Assembly: GCA_043813605.1 (NCBI GenBank) | Contig: JBDRKX010000042.1 | Location: forward strand, 1 to 31,618 | Direction: 5' to 3' | Origin: Elusimicrobiota bacterium | GTDB taxonomy: Bacteria > CG03 > SLGR01 > JBDRKX01 | DNA length: 31,618 nt | Part shown: positions 1-9,032 of the stretch, one piece after another | How positions within the stretch are numbered: the stretch's first letter is position 1 | Layout of the letters: each line of letters begins with the position of its first letter | The notes under the pieces: model-generated | Databases searched by the model: none | The model's input: the letters and a program-made list of their open reading frames with translations, nothing else | What the model was told of the DNA's origin: nothing | Made by a program: the position numbers and the translations under genes

Positions 1-1
1 C

Positions 2-1240
2 GACAGGAAGAGCAGGCTGCTCCAGGAAGTAGTTGTAGGTAAATGCGTTCCGAAACTGCTGGATAAGATCGGGCTCAAAATAGATTTATTACATATGAAC
101 GAAGCCCATACTGTCACTGCCGCGTGTTACATCAAAGAAATGAAAAAATACAGCAGTATCCCGATACTGTTCACTACTCACACACCGGTACCTGCAGGCA
201 TGGAGATATACCCTGTGGAATGGTTCGATCTTCTCGAACTTCCAGAAAAATATTTAGACCTCTTCAGGCCGAAACCGTCGAGCAACATACTGGATTTCAC
301 ACTTGCTGCGCTAAAACTCTCTTCATTAACAAACGGCGTTTCACTTGAACATGCCGAGGTGACAAAAAACATGTTCCTCGAACACAGGAAAAAGATCATA
401 GGTATAACAAACGGTTCATCCAGATACTGGCAGGCGCCGGAACTTCGAGACCCGGATTCCGTTACTCCCGAAAAACTCTGGGATGTACATCTCAAATACA
501 AAAAAGAAGCGCTTGAAGATGCATCGAACAGGTTAAAAAACATATTGAATGAAGAGATCATTTTCGATATCAACAAACCATCTGTCGGACTTTTCAGAAG
601 AATAGTCGACTACAAACAACAATATCCCATGTTATGTGACATAATCGAAGCGGTATGCGCGCCACTCGGTGAAAAAGTGATGACACCGATGGGTGAACTT
701 AACGGACTCGGGATGCAGGTATTTATCGCCGGTTACGCCCATCCGACAGACGCAGAAAGACAGGAATGGGTCAGCCGGTTTATCAAATGGACTATTTCTG
801 AAAATTTGCGCGGCAGGTTCGCATTCCTTCCGGGTTATGGAGAAGTGCTCCTCAGACACGGCGCAAGAGGATACGACATATGGATAAACTGCCCGATCAA
901 GGATATGGAAGCATGCGGGACCTCCGATCAAAGATCCGCCCTCAACGGTAATATCAATATATTTACTTATACAGGAGGGCCGCGGGAATACATAGAGGAG
1001 ATCGACGAAGACAAAGCAACCGGATGCGGATTCGTTATCGACCCGTACAGTCCAGGGACACTCTACAGGAAACTTGAAAAAGCGTCACAACTATGGTACA
1101 GCTGTATAAACGGAGATAGCGACACTTATAAAAAAATAATGTTCAATTCCTATAAAGCAGGTATGACCATGACCATAGAAAACATGGCCTTGAAATATGC
1201 GCGCGATCTCTATCTGCCGGCTCTTGAGATGACGGAATGA
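2..1240 (+). CDS. glgP: Alpha-glucan (glycogen/maltodextrin) phosphorylase, GT35; 5'-partial, runs off the window start
   Basis: The frame is open upstream of the listed ATG (DRKSRLLQEVVVG...LLHMNEAH). Phosphorylase motifs HMNEAH, FTTHTPVPAG, NGVSxxH, ITNG, RRIVDYK, AGYAHPTD and EACGTS are present. The PLP lysine position is Arg. Confidence 0.85.
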   Translation, partial: DRKSRLLQEVVVGKCVPKLLDKIGLKIDLLHMNEAHTVTAACYIKEMKKYSSIPILFTTHTPVPAGMEIYPVEWFDLLELPEKYLDLFRPKPSSNILDFTLAALKLSSLTNGVSLEHAEVTKNMFLEHRKKIIGITNGSSRYWQAPELRDPDSVTPEKLWDVHLKYKKEALEDASNRLKNILNEEIIFDINKPSVGLFRRIVDYKQQYPMLCDIIEAVCAPLGEKVMTPMGELNGLGMQVFIAGYAHPTDAERQEWVSRFIKWTISENLRGRFAFLPGYGEVLLRHGARGYDIWINCPIKDMEACGTSDQRSALNGNINIFTYTGGPREYIEEIDEDKATGCGFVIDPYSPGTLYRKLEKASQLWYSCINGDSDTYKKIMFNSYKAGMTMTIENMALKYARDLYLPALEMTE

Positions 1241-3408
1241 ATGCAGGTGACACTATCGGTAAAGTAGATTTTATTTTCGGACTGCATTTTCACCAGCCTG
1301 TCGGAAATTTCACCGAAATACTTGAAAACGCCTACAGGGACGCCTACCTGCCCGTCATAAGTACATTCAGCAGGTTTGAGAATATTAAACTCAATCTGCA
1401 TATCTCGGCGCCGCTCCTTGAGTTTTTCTTATCCGAGCACCCGGATTTTCTCGCCAATATAAAAGAACTCGTAAAACAGGGCAGGATAGAGATGCTCGGC
1501 GGAGGTTTCTACGAACCGATATTGATTTCTATTCCTAAACGGGATATTGAAGGACAGATATCGATGATGGAAGATTTCCTTGACAAACATCTTGCCGCGA
1601 AAAGCCGCGGCATATGGCTGACCGAAAGAGTATGGGAACCGCATATACCTTCCCTCTTAAAAGATACTCATGCAGAATACCTTGCTGTAGATGATACACA
1701 TTTCATCCAGGCCGGTTTTCCGCCGGACAGCCTTAACGGGTATTATATGACAGAAGACGCCGGAAACAAACTTGGAATATTCATCATCAGCAAGGAACTG
1801 AGGTACTCGATACCGTTTCATCCGGTCAAAGGCATAATGAAACAATTCCGCCGGTATGCTCAATCCGCACACGACACTCTTGTCTGCATGCTTGATGACG
1901 GGGAGAAATTCGGTGTCTGGCCAAATACAAAAGAATGGGTTTACGGCAACAACTGGCTCGAAGATTTTTTCCGGTCACTGGAAGAAAACTCATCCTGGCT
2001 CAGTACCCATACCCTGTCAGGATATTTTGACACGCATAAACCGGCCGGCAAAGCATATCTTCCGGCATGTTCCTATTCGGAGATGCTCGAATGGACAATA
2101 CCGGTTAAAGGCGCGCAATACATCAATGCCGTCAAACAGACCCTCCGGGATCACGGCCTTTTAAAAGAAACAGAAAAATACCTTACCGGAGGCATATGGA
2201 AAAATTATTTTTTTAAATACCCGGAATCCGATTATATGCACAAGAAGATGCTCTACCTCAGCAATCGGCTTGATAAAGAAGCCGTAAATTTTCCTGATAA
2301 AGATCTACTCCATGAAGCATATTCATACCTCTTCCGCTCACAATGCAACTGCAGTTACTGGCACGGCGTATTCGGCGGTATATATCTTTCTCATCTCAGA
2401 AATGCAGTATATGAGAACCTGATCAGGCTGCACAATGTGCTTGACACTATAAAACACAAAGGGCAACCGTTCATCTCAGTTGAAAACAAAGATATGGACT
2501 GCGACGGCAGCGAGGAAATACTTATCGATACTGACAAGATGTTTGCATCCATTAAACCTTCAGAAGGAGGCATGATAGCAGAGTTATCGGACAAGGATAC
2601 CTGTTTCAATCTTCTCAATACCGTATCAAGAAAAGAAGAATCATATCATGTCAGGATAACAAACAAACCGAATGGTCCTGATCAGGACTCTGCCGGCGGC
2701 AGCGGATCCGCTGTGTCTATCCATGACATACCGAGATCCGATGATCCCGCTTTTAAAGCAGGCCTGGTTTATGACACACACCTGAGAAAATGCATGATAG
2801 ACAGGGTTTTTCTCCGGGATGTCACTTTAGAAAATATCATGGACGGCAATGCAGCGGAAATCCCGGTTTATAATTCAGTATACGTGCCCCGCTTAATATC
2901 AGAAACCGGTACCGTTTCTGTCTGCCTGGAAACCGGGATCGATGCCGATCCTTTAGAGCTTGGTATCTCCAAGAAACTTGTTTTTAAAAGCGGGAAAAGA
3001 GGGTTTGACGCGACTATATCCGTAACAAATTTCTCCGATTCAGAAACCTGTATCCGGTACGGCGCAGAATTCAACTTCTCCATGCTGTCTGATCTATCAC
3101 CGGATAAAACATTTTTCCTTGGAGACCAGGATTTTTCGAAACCGCTTTCGGAAGCGGCTGCTGAATCAGGCATATCTTTTTTCGGTATAAACGACAGGGA
3201 CTTGGGTATAAGAATAGATATCAGGATGGATAAAGAAGGAAAAGTTTTCTCATTTCCTGTCAGGACAGTAACCGATTCAGAATCCGGATTCGAACTCACA
3301 TACCAGGCTACATGCATGATACCGGTATTCGAACTGGAACTCAACAGCGGTGATACATTCGTCCTGAACCTGAATTTTTCAGTTAAGAGTATAAAAAAAG
3401 CGGACTGA
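1237..3408 (+). CDS. GH57 alpha-amylase / 4-alpha-glucanotransferase with C-terminal beta domain
   Basis: HFHQP, GGFYEPIL, GIWLTERVWEP (nucleophile Glu), DDGEKFGVWP (acid/base Asp), SYSEMLEW, YWHGVFGGIY. ATGA overlap with glgP. Confidence 0.9.
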   Translation: MNAGDTIGKVDFIFGLHFHQPVGNFTEILENAYRDAYLPVISTFSRFENIKLNLHISAPLLEFFLSEHPDFLANIKELVKQGRIEMLGGGFYEPILISIPKRDIEGQISMMEDFLDKHLAAKSRGIWLTERVWEPHIPSLLKDTHAEYLAVDDTHFIQAGFPPDSLNGYYMTEDAGNKLGIFIISKELRYSIPFHPVKGIMKQFRRYAQSAHDTLVCMLDDGEKFGVWPNTKEWVYGNNWLEDFFRSLEENSSWLSTHTLSGYFDTHKPAGKAYLPACSYSEMLEWTIPVKGAQYINAVKQTLRDHGLLKETEKYLTGGIWKNYFFKYPESDYMHKKMLYLSNRLDKEAVNFPDKDLLHEAYSYLFRSQCNCSYWHGVFGGIYLSHLRNAVYENLIRLHNVLDTIKHKGQPFISVENKDMDCDGSEEILIDTDKMFASIKPSEGGMIAELSDKDTCFNLLNTVSRKEESYHVRITNKPNGPDQDSAGGSGSAVSIHDIPRSDDPAFKAGLVYDTHLRKCMIDRVFLRDVTLENIMDGNAAEIPVYNSVYVPRLISETGTVSVCLETGIDADPLELGISKKLVFKSGKRGFDATISVTNFSDSETCIRYGAEFNFSMLSDLSPDKTFFLGDQDFSKPLSEAAAESGISFFGINDRDLGIRIDIRMDKEGKVFSFPVRTVTDSESGFELTYQATCMIPVFELELNSGDTFVLNLNFSVKSIKKAD

Positions 3409-3431
3409 CTGAAGACAAGGACTGCTTTTGT

Positions 3432-4649
3432 TCAGCGGTTGCCGACGTGGGCGTCCATGAACCTCAGGAAATTAATATAGACCAGCTGCTGTTCCATCAG
3501 CAGCCTGTCCGGACCGAGTGTCCACCATTCCTTTGGAGTAAAATAAGCGGATACTTCGGCTTCTGCTCCGGACCGGCCGGCCCATTGTATCAGATGCAGG
3601 TTGTCTGACTGCGTAAGTTTGACAGCAATATCCAGAAGTGTCTTTTTTCCGGTGAGCTTTGCCTTGTTCAGTATATGATGCATAAGACGGAATATAGCCT
3701 GCTGGGCCGCATTACCGAGGAAGAACTCCATGCCGCCCGAACCTGCCCATGTAGCCCCGAACTCTTTAACGCGCATCGCGTGGCTCTTCTTTGAGAACTT
3801 GTCGATAAGTTCACCCGGATTCAGCATGCAGATATTCCTCTGCTCGAGTTCCTGGGGCAGGTGTTCCATAAAATCGAATATACCGGTATCTCTTTTATGA
3901 TGCTCACCGAATGTCTCGAAATCCCATCCAAGCATCACGAATTCACCCCTGGTCTCGTTGATCCAGTATGCATAATCATCGGCCTTCAGCGGATAACCGT
4001 GCCAATTGCGGTTGGAGAACCTGTATCCCACGTCATCGCTGAGTTCCAGATGCCGCGCAAGGAGTTTCATCTTCTGGTTTTCATGGTGGTATATATGCGT
4101 CGGTTCGCGCCATTCGAGCACCCATTGCCTTCCATCCATGACAGCCCCTTCAAAACCCATTTTCTGGAGCGCAAAATAGACATCATTCGACATATACATC
4201 TCAGTAGTATCCGTTACACGGATCTCTTTCTTAAAAAATTTCTCAAGGTAATTCTTCGCCCATTCCATCTGGGAGATAAACAGGTCAATATCAAAATAGA
4301 AAATAAAACTGTGATACGGCTCGACACAGACGAGCTCGACATTGGGATGCCCTATCAACGATTTAAGTTCATCGACAAGAGAACTGTTCCACCATATTGC
4401 CTGTTCAATGAATGATACCGATATGCCTATGGATATCTTGAACCCCTTACTGACAAGTTCCCTGAACATCTTAATAGCCGGAAAATAGCATTCCCCCGCC
4501 ACCTTCTCAAGATAAAACCTGTTCATCCCGTCATCAAAGAGATAGTCTTTCAGGTCTGCCAGTTTTGTCTCTAAAGGTATATCCATTGCCGGCAGTTTAA
4601 CCCGCTGCGGCTGATGTATAACCGTGTATATAGATAGATTCTTTGCCAT
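3432..4649 (-). CDS. GH57 family glycoside hydrolase (short alpha-amylase-like form)
   Basis: IHQP, EPYHS, DTTEMY, LSDDVGYRFS and GWDFETFGEH motifs. AGGAGG SD upstream. Confidence 0.85.
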   Translation of the reverse strand: MAKNLSIYTVIHQPQRVKLPAMDIPLETKLADLKDYLFDDGMNRFYLEKVAGECYFPAIKMFRELVSKGFKISIGISVSFIEQAIWWNSSLVDELKSLIGHPNVELVCVEPYHSFIFYFDIDLFISQMEWAKNYLEKFFKKEIRVTDTTEMYMSNDVYFALQKMGFEGAVMDGRQWVLEWREPTHIYHHENQKMKLLARHLELSDDVGYRFSNRNWHGYPLKADDYAYWINETRGEFVMLGWDFETFGEHHKRDTGIFDFMEHLPQELEQRNICMLNPGELIDKFSKKSHAMRVKEFGATWAGSGGMEFFLGNAAQQAIFRLMHHILNKAKLTGKKTLLDIAVKLTQSDNLHLIQWAGRSGAEAEVSAYFTPKEWWTLGPDRLLMEQQLVYINFLRFMDAHVGNR

Positions 4650-4658
4650 TTTTTCCTC

Positions 4659-5948
4659 CTACCTGCTCTGTTCCTTAAGATGGACCAGTCTTGCCAGCAG
4701 ATTGCTTATTATAACATTTTTCCATGAATAATTTTTAGCCGTTGTATGAGCCATTTTCCTTATTTCTTCGTTCCTTCTGGGATTACGGTGAAGAAACTGT
4801 ATATACGAGACTATCTCCTTCGGATCCTCTGTTTCAAGGACAATTGAATTCTTAAACGGCACAGCATAATCCTCACCGGTAGAACCCAGGAAAGTTATTC
4901 CTTTGCAGGCCATTACCTCGAGCCCGACCAGACCGAACGGTTCATGACCGCTGTTTGCCAGAACGGCATCGCATTCGTAATATAACGGTTTCAGCAGGTC
5001 CTCAGACATGAAAGGTTTTATATTGTATATATCCGCCCTCGGAGCCGCTGCCAGTGCGGCCCCCAGGCAGTCTATTGTAAGGTCTTCAAGATAGATATCC
5101 GCCACCTTCAGCCCAAGATACCTTATCTCGTAAAAAACCTCTCCTCCGAAAGGTTCGTTCCCGCCCTTCATCAGCAGTACGGGCTTGAGCCCTTTCCTCT
5201 TGAGTATCGGAAGTGCCCTGATAGCCATATGCCAGCGTTTATCAGGTGAAAACCTGCCGAGTTTAAGGAGTATGATATCCGCGCCGGTACTCTTATGGAG
5301 CCTTCTATCATAACTTATATCTTTCGGTTTTTTAAAAAAATTATCCGGGATGCCATTAGGTATGACTGTCGGATTGATCCCCCAGTTCCACATCTGGTGT
5401 TTCATGTATTTGCTTACAGTCGTGATATTCGCAACAAAGTTGAGCGCACCCCAGTTGATCCTGTGGAACGAATAAATATTGTTGGCATTCCAGAGCAACA
5501 TCACCTTGTCCCTGAGACCGTTATAATAGAGATGTTCGCTCAGCGCCACCACTGTATCGGCGGTATGCCATTCTTCCGCCATTATCACAACAGTCTTGTT
5601 ATCATTTACCGCCGGACGGACTATATTGTCGGTTACAAAATACGGTACGCTGCCTTTGAAATCCCGCAGTTTGTTCTCTTCCCCGTCATAAACGCCGCCG
5701 GGATGATATTTGCTTATCCACTGGCACCACCTGTGGATATACAGTTTCCCGTCGACCTTTTTTTCAAAACCCGGTTTATCAGGATCTCCGATAAAAAAGA
5801 GATGCGTCTCGTAACCCAGACTTGCAAGATTCATTGTCAGTCCCCTGACCCTCGTACCCAGTCCGCCGCTCAAAGCATAGTCGTCCGGGCCCTCGAAAGA
5901 GAGTATGACAAACACCGTATTTTCCGGTTTTATTTTTAAATTATGCAT
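4659..5948 (-). CDS. GT4 family glycosyltransferase (glycogen-synthase-like GT-B fold)
   Basis: N-terminal GGLG, EWHTA, TVS, IPNGI, GRFSPDK and EPFGLVGLE (Ex7E) motifs. Confidence 0.85.
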   Translation of the reverse strand: MHNLKIKPENTVFVILSFEGPDDYALSGGLGTRVRGLTMNLASLGYETHLFFIGDPDKPGFEKKVDGKLYIHRWCQWISKYHPGGVYDGEENKLRDFKGSVPYFVTDNIVRPAVNDNKTVVIMAEEWHTADTVVALSEHLYYNGLRDKVMLLWNANNIYSFHRINWGALNFVANITTVSKYMKHQMWNWGINPTVIPNGIPDNFFKKPKDISYDRRLHKSTGADIILLKLGRFSPDKRWHMAIRALPILKRKGLKPVLLMKGGNEPFGGEVFYEIRYLGLKVADIYLEDLTIDCLGAALAAAPRADIYNIKPFMSEDLLKPLYYECDAVLANSGHEPFGLVGLEVMACKGITFLGSTGEDYAVPFKNSIVLETEDPKEIVSYIQFLHRNPRRNEEIRKMAHTTAKNYSWKNVIISNLLARLVHLKEQSR

Positions 5949-6030
5949 GCTGTTTATTCTAACTTTTCTATATAAATATCCCCTGTTTTTTGTCTGATTT
6001 TTTTTTGATTAAATTGTGACGATTATTTAA

Positions 6031-6058
6031 AATATATTAATATAATCTATAAAGTCAA
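6031..6058 (-). promoter_or_regulatory. Putative sigma70 promoter for the GT4-GH57 pair
   Basis: TTGACT-16 nt-TATATT on the minus strand in an AT-rich intergenic region. Confidence 0.45.
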
Positions 6059-6060
6059 AT

Positions 6061-7359
6061 TTATGGTCGTGAAAACTTATTTTCGCGGAATCGGCGGCCG
6101 GCAGTAAGACTGTCATAATACCGCCGGACGATCTCTTTTATGAACAGCAGCGCTCTTTCTAAAATACCGGGGCCTTCTACATTTGCCGCCGCAAAGAGCG
6201 CGGTCCTCTCATAAAACCTTTTCTCAGATGAAATACCTGTAATAATATTCTCTCCGGCAGGTATAGCGCAGGCATACCCTACCAGCTGCCCTTTTACAAC
6301 CGGGGCTTCAGTACCCGCGCGTGTCTGCCTGTATACGATTCTGTAATCCGTATCCTTTTCCTGCCAGACAACTGTTCTCAAAGGTTTTCTTGTAACTGCA
6401 TTGAATTCTTTCTTTTCTTTTCCGTGCAGCCTGAATACCACACTGCTGCCGGAAGGCAGGATATCCTTTAAAATAATGTTATCAAATCCGTGATCAAGAA
6501 GTTTTTTTGTCTCTCTAAAACAAGCTCCCCTGGAAGCAGTCCCCATTACTACAGAGATAAGTCTTATCCCGTTCCTCATTGCAGTCGCTGCAAGGCAAAA
6601 ACCGGCTGATGCAGTATGCCCGGTTTTAAGACCGTCTATACCGTCGTATCCGAAAGAAAGTCCGGGAAGCATCCAGTTGCGGTTAACCATTCTGAAGGAC
6701 GGACGGTTTCTATAGATAAAATCTTTTGACCTTATACTGCTGAACCCGGTCACCCCGGGATAATCCGACACAAGACGGTTCGCGAGTTTTGCCGCCGATA
6801 GAGCCGACATCCTGTTTCCACCGGACGGATACGGAACCTGTAGCTGTATACCGCCGTTACTAAGACCGGTCGAATCGAAGAACCTCGTATCATCCATCCC
6901 GAAACTGGATGCTTTTGAATTCATCTCACGGACAAAATCCGGTTCTCCCCCGGAAATATGCTCTGCCAGCATTATCGCAGCGCTGTTTGCCGAATAAACA
7001 GATACCGCTTCAAACAGTTTTCGTACAGTGTACGCTGCGTTTTTTTCAAGGGAAAACTCCGAAAGGTTCCTGTATGCAGATATACTGTATGCATATTCGC
7101 TCACATTTACGATATCAGTCCATGATATCCGGCCGGCAGCTACTTCCTCCATCAGAAGGTATTCCGTCATCATCTTTGTAAGACTGGCCGGCGGCAGCGG
7201 TATCCTGGCATTCTGTTCATATAATATCATGCCTGTGCGGCTTTCTATAAGAATGGCTGAACGCGCATCGACCTTCGGTAAACGGCTGTCTCTGCATACA
7301 GCAGGCAGAGAACTAAAAAATATCAATATGAAAAATATTGCCCTTTTAAGATATTTCAT
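6061..7359 (-). CDS. dacA: D-alanyl-D-alanine carboxypeptidase (peptidase S11, PBP5/DacA-like)
   Basis: Signal-peptide-like N-terminus; SxxK (ASLTK), SxN (SAN) and KTG motifs; C-terminal amphipathic segment. ATG at 7359 preferred to TTG at 7362. Confidence 0.9.
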   Translation of the reverse strand: MKYLKRAIFFILIFFSSLPAVCRDSRLPKVDARSAILIESRTGMILYEQNARIPLPPASLTKMMTEYLLMEEVAAGRISWTDIVNVSEYAYSISAYRNLSEFSLEKNAAYTVRKLFEAVSVYSANSAAIMLAEHISGGEPDFVREMNSKASSFGMDDTRFFDSTGLSNGGIQLQVPYPSGGNRMSALSAAKLANRLVSDYPGVTGFSSIRSKDFIYRNRPSFRMVNRNWMLPGLSFGYDGIDGLKTGHTASAGFCLAATAMRNGIRLISVVMGTASRGACFRETKKLLDHGFDNIILKDILPSGSSVVFRLHGKEKKEFNAVTRKPLRTVVWQEKDTDYRIVYRQTRAGTEAPVVKGQLVGYACAIPAGENIITGISSEKRFYERTALFAAANVEGPGILERALLFIKEIVRRYYDSLTAGRRFRENKFSRP

Positions 7360-7389
7360 CAAATTGTGGGTATATAAATCCAGAAGATA

Positions 7390-7418
7390 ATTATATACGC
7401 TTCTCCGGCTGTTGTAAA
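7390..7418 (-). promoter_or_regulatory. Putative sigma70 promoter of dacA
   Basis: TTTACA-17 nt-TATAAT on the minus strand, about 30 nt upstream of the start codon. Confidence 0.65.
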
Positions 7419-7486
7419 CATTCGATCCGTTCTACCGGAGCAAGCATGCACGAGATATTCCCAAAACATCCTATTGCCCGCCATAC

Positions 7487-7515
7487 TGGACAAAAGAGTA
7501 ACTAAAAAATATAAT
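7487..7515 (+). promoter_or_regulatory. Putative sigma70 promoter of the gcv operon
   Basis: TGGACA-17 nt-TATAAT, 25 nt upstream of the gcvT ATG. Confidence 0.65.
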
Positions 7516-7540
7516 AAATCCATTATTTGAATCATAAATT

Positions 7541-8620
7541 ATGAAAAAAACTCCCTTATATGAAACACATATCGGGCTTAACGCAAAGATAGTACCTTTC
7601 GCAGGATGGCTCATGCCGGTTTCATATTCAAGTATAATCGAAGAACATAGATACTGCCGTACAAAAACTGCGATTTTCGATATATGCCATATGGGAGAAC
7701 TCCGTTTCAAAGGAAATATTGCGGAAAGCGGACTGGAGAACACCTTCACACAATCACTGGACAGCCTGGAAACAGGCAGATGCGCATACGGTTTTATACT
7801 GAATGACAGCGGCGGCATAATAGACGATTCTGTTGTTTTCAAAATATCACCTGCCGGGATCATGTTTGTTGTCAATGCTACAAGAATAGAAGAGGATTTC
7901 AAAACGATCGGGGACCATATAGCCGGTGCTGAACTTACCGATATATCCGGGGAAACGGCAAAAATAGACCTGCAGGGCCCTCTCTCCCGAAAAGTGATCA
8001 ATGATACACTGGGAATACAGCTGGATATCGGTTTCTTCCGTTTCAAAGACTTTGATATTTATGGTGAGAATGTCATAATCAGCAGAACAGGATATACCGG
8101 TGAACTGGGATACGAAATATTCTCGGGTATCGAATCATGTAAAAAGATCTGGGAAAAACTGTCAGGCGATGACAGGGTTATGCCTGCCGGACTCGGAGCC
8201 AGAGATATATTGCGTACAGAGATGGGGTATTGCCTCTACGGCAGCGATATAGATGAAAAAACCACGCCTCTTGAAGCCGGACTCGGCTGCTTTGTCAATT
8301 TCAATAAGGATTTTACCGGTAAAAAAGCGCTGCTTGAACAGAAGAGCCGGGGAATAAGACATATCAGGACCGGACTGAAAACTCTTTCCAGGCGCGCGCC
8401 GAGGCATGACCACCGCATACTTTTTGATAATACCGATATAGGCAGGATAACCAGCGGATGTTTTTCACCCTCGCTTGAAACAGGAATCGGCATAGGTTAT
8501 GTCTTGCCGGAACACGCTGAACCCGGGACAAAGGTAACAGTAGAAGATGAAAGGTCAAGGAGAATAGATGCTGAGATAACTGAACTCCCCTTTCAAAGGA
8601 AAACGTCGCTCAAAGACTAG
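7541..8620 (+). CDS. gcvT: Glycine cleavage system aminomethyltransferase T
   Basis: KKTPLYETH, FAGWLMPVSY, FDICHMGE, LQGP, SRTGYTGELGYEI, GLGARDILRTEMG. Confidence 0.97.
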   Translation: MKKTPLYETHIGLNAKIVPFAGWLMPVSYSSIIEEHRYCRTKTAIFDICHMGELRFKGNIAESGLENTFTQSLDSLETGRCAYGFILNDSGGIIDDSVVFKISPAGIMFVVNATRIEEDFKTIGDHIAGAELTDISGETAKIDLQGPLSRKVINDTLGIQLDIGFFRFKDFDIYGENVIISRTGYTGELGYEIFSGIESCKKIWEKLSGDDRVMPAGLGARDILRTEMGYCLYGSDIDEKTTPLEAGLGCFVNFNKDFTGKKALLEQKSRGIRHIRTGLKTLSRRAPRHDHRILFDNTDIGRITSGCFSPSLETGIGIGYVLPEHAEPGTKVTVEDERSRRIDAEITELPFQRKTSLKD

Positions 8621-8635
8621 AAAGGCAGGAAGATA

Positions 8636-9010
8636 ATGGAAGAATTTTTTACAAAAGACCATGAATGGATAAAGATCGAAGGCAATACCGGCAGACTGGG
8701 CATAACATCATATGCCGTTGGCCAACTCGGCGATATAACCTTTGTTGAACAGCCTGAAACCGGAAAAGGCGTGAAGCAGGGTGATATCATATGTGAGCTG
8801 GAGTCAGTAAAAGCCGCAAGTGATATATACGCGCCGGTATCAGGTACGGTTATTGAAACAAATCCTTCTGTTGAGACATCACCCGGGATCCTGAACTCAA
8901 GCCCGGAAACTGACGGATGGATCGCGTTGATAGAGATGTCCGATACCGGCGAGCTCGCAAACCTCATGAACCGGAGCCAGTACGACGAATATACGGAAGG
9001 ACTGAAATAA
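8636..9010 (+). CDS. gcvH: Glycine cleavage system H protein
   Basis: HEWI, GITSYAVGQLGDITFV and the lipoyl-lysine motif ESVKAASDIYAPVSG. Confidence 0.97.
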   Translation: MEEFFTKDHEWIKIEGNTGRLGITSYAVGQLGDITFVEQPETGKGVKQGDIICELESVKAASDIYAPVSGTVIETNPSVETSPGILNSSPETDGWIALIEMSDTGELANLMNRSQYDEYTEGLK

Positions 9011-9032
9011 TTTTATTTTCAGGAGATTATCA

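Noticed and set aside
3396..3429. Bidirectional terminator between the two convergent GH57 genes
   Set aside because: The AAAAGCGG/CTGCTTTT pairing needs a large loop and is mostly A-U pairs. Possible but unsupported.
7363..7540. Glycine riboswitch upstream of gcvT
   Set aside because: No GGAGA...CCGAAG / CTCTCAGG aptamer core is present, and a near-consensus promoter lies only 25 nt before the ATG.
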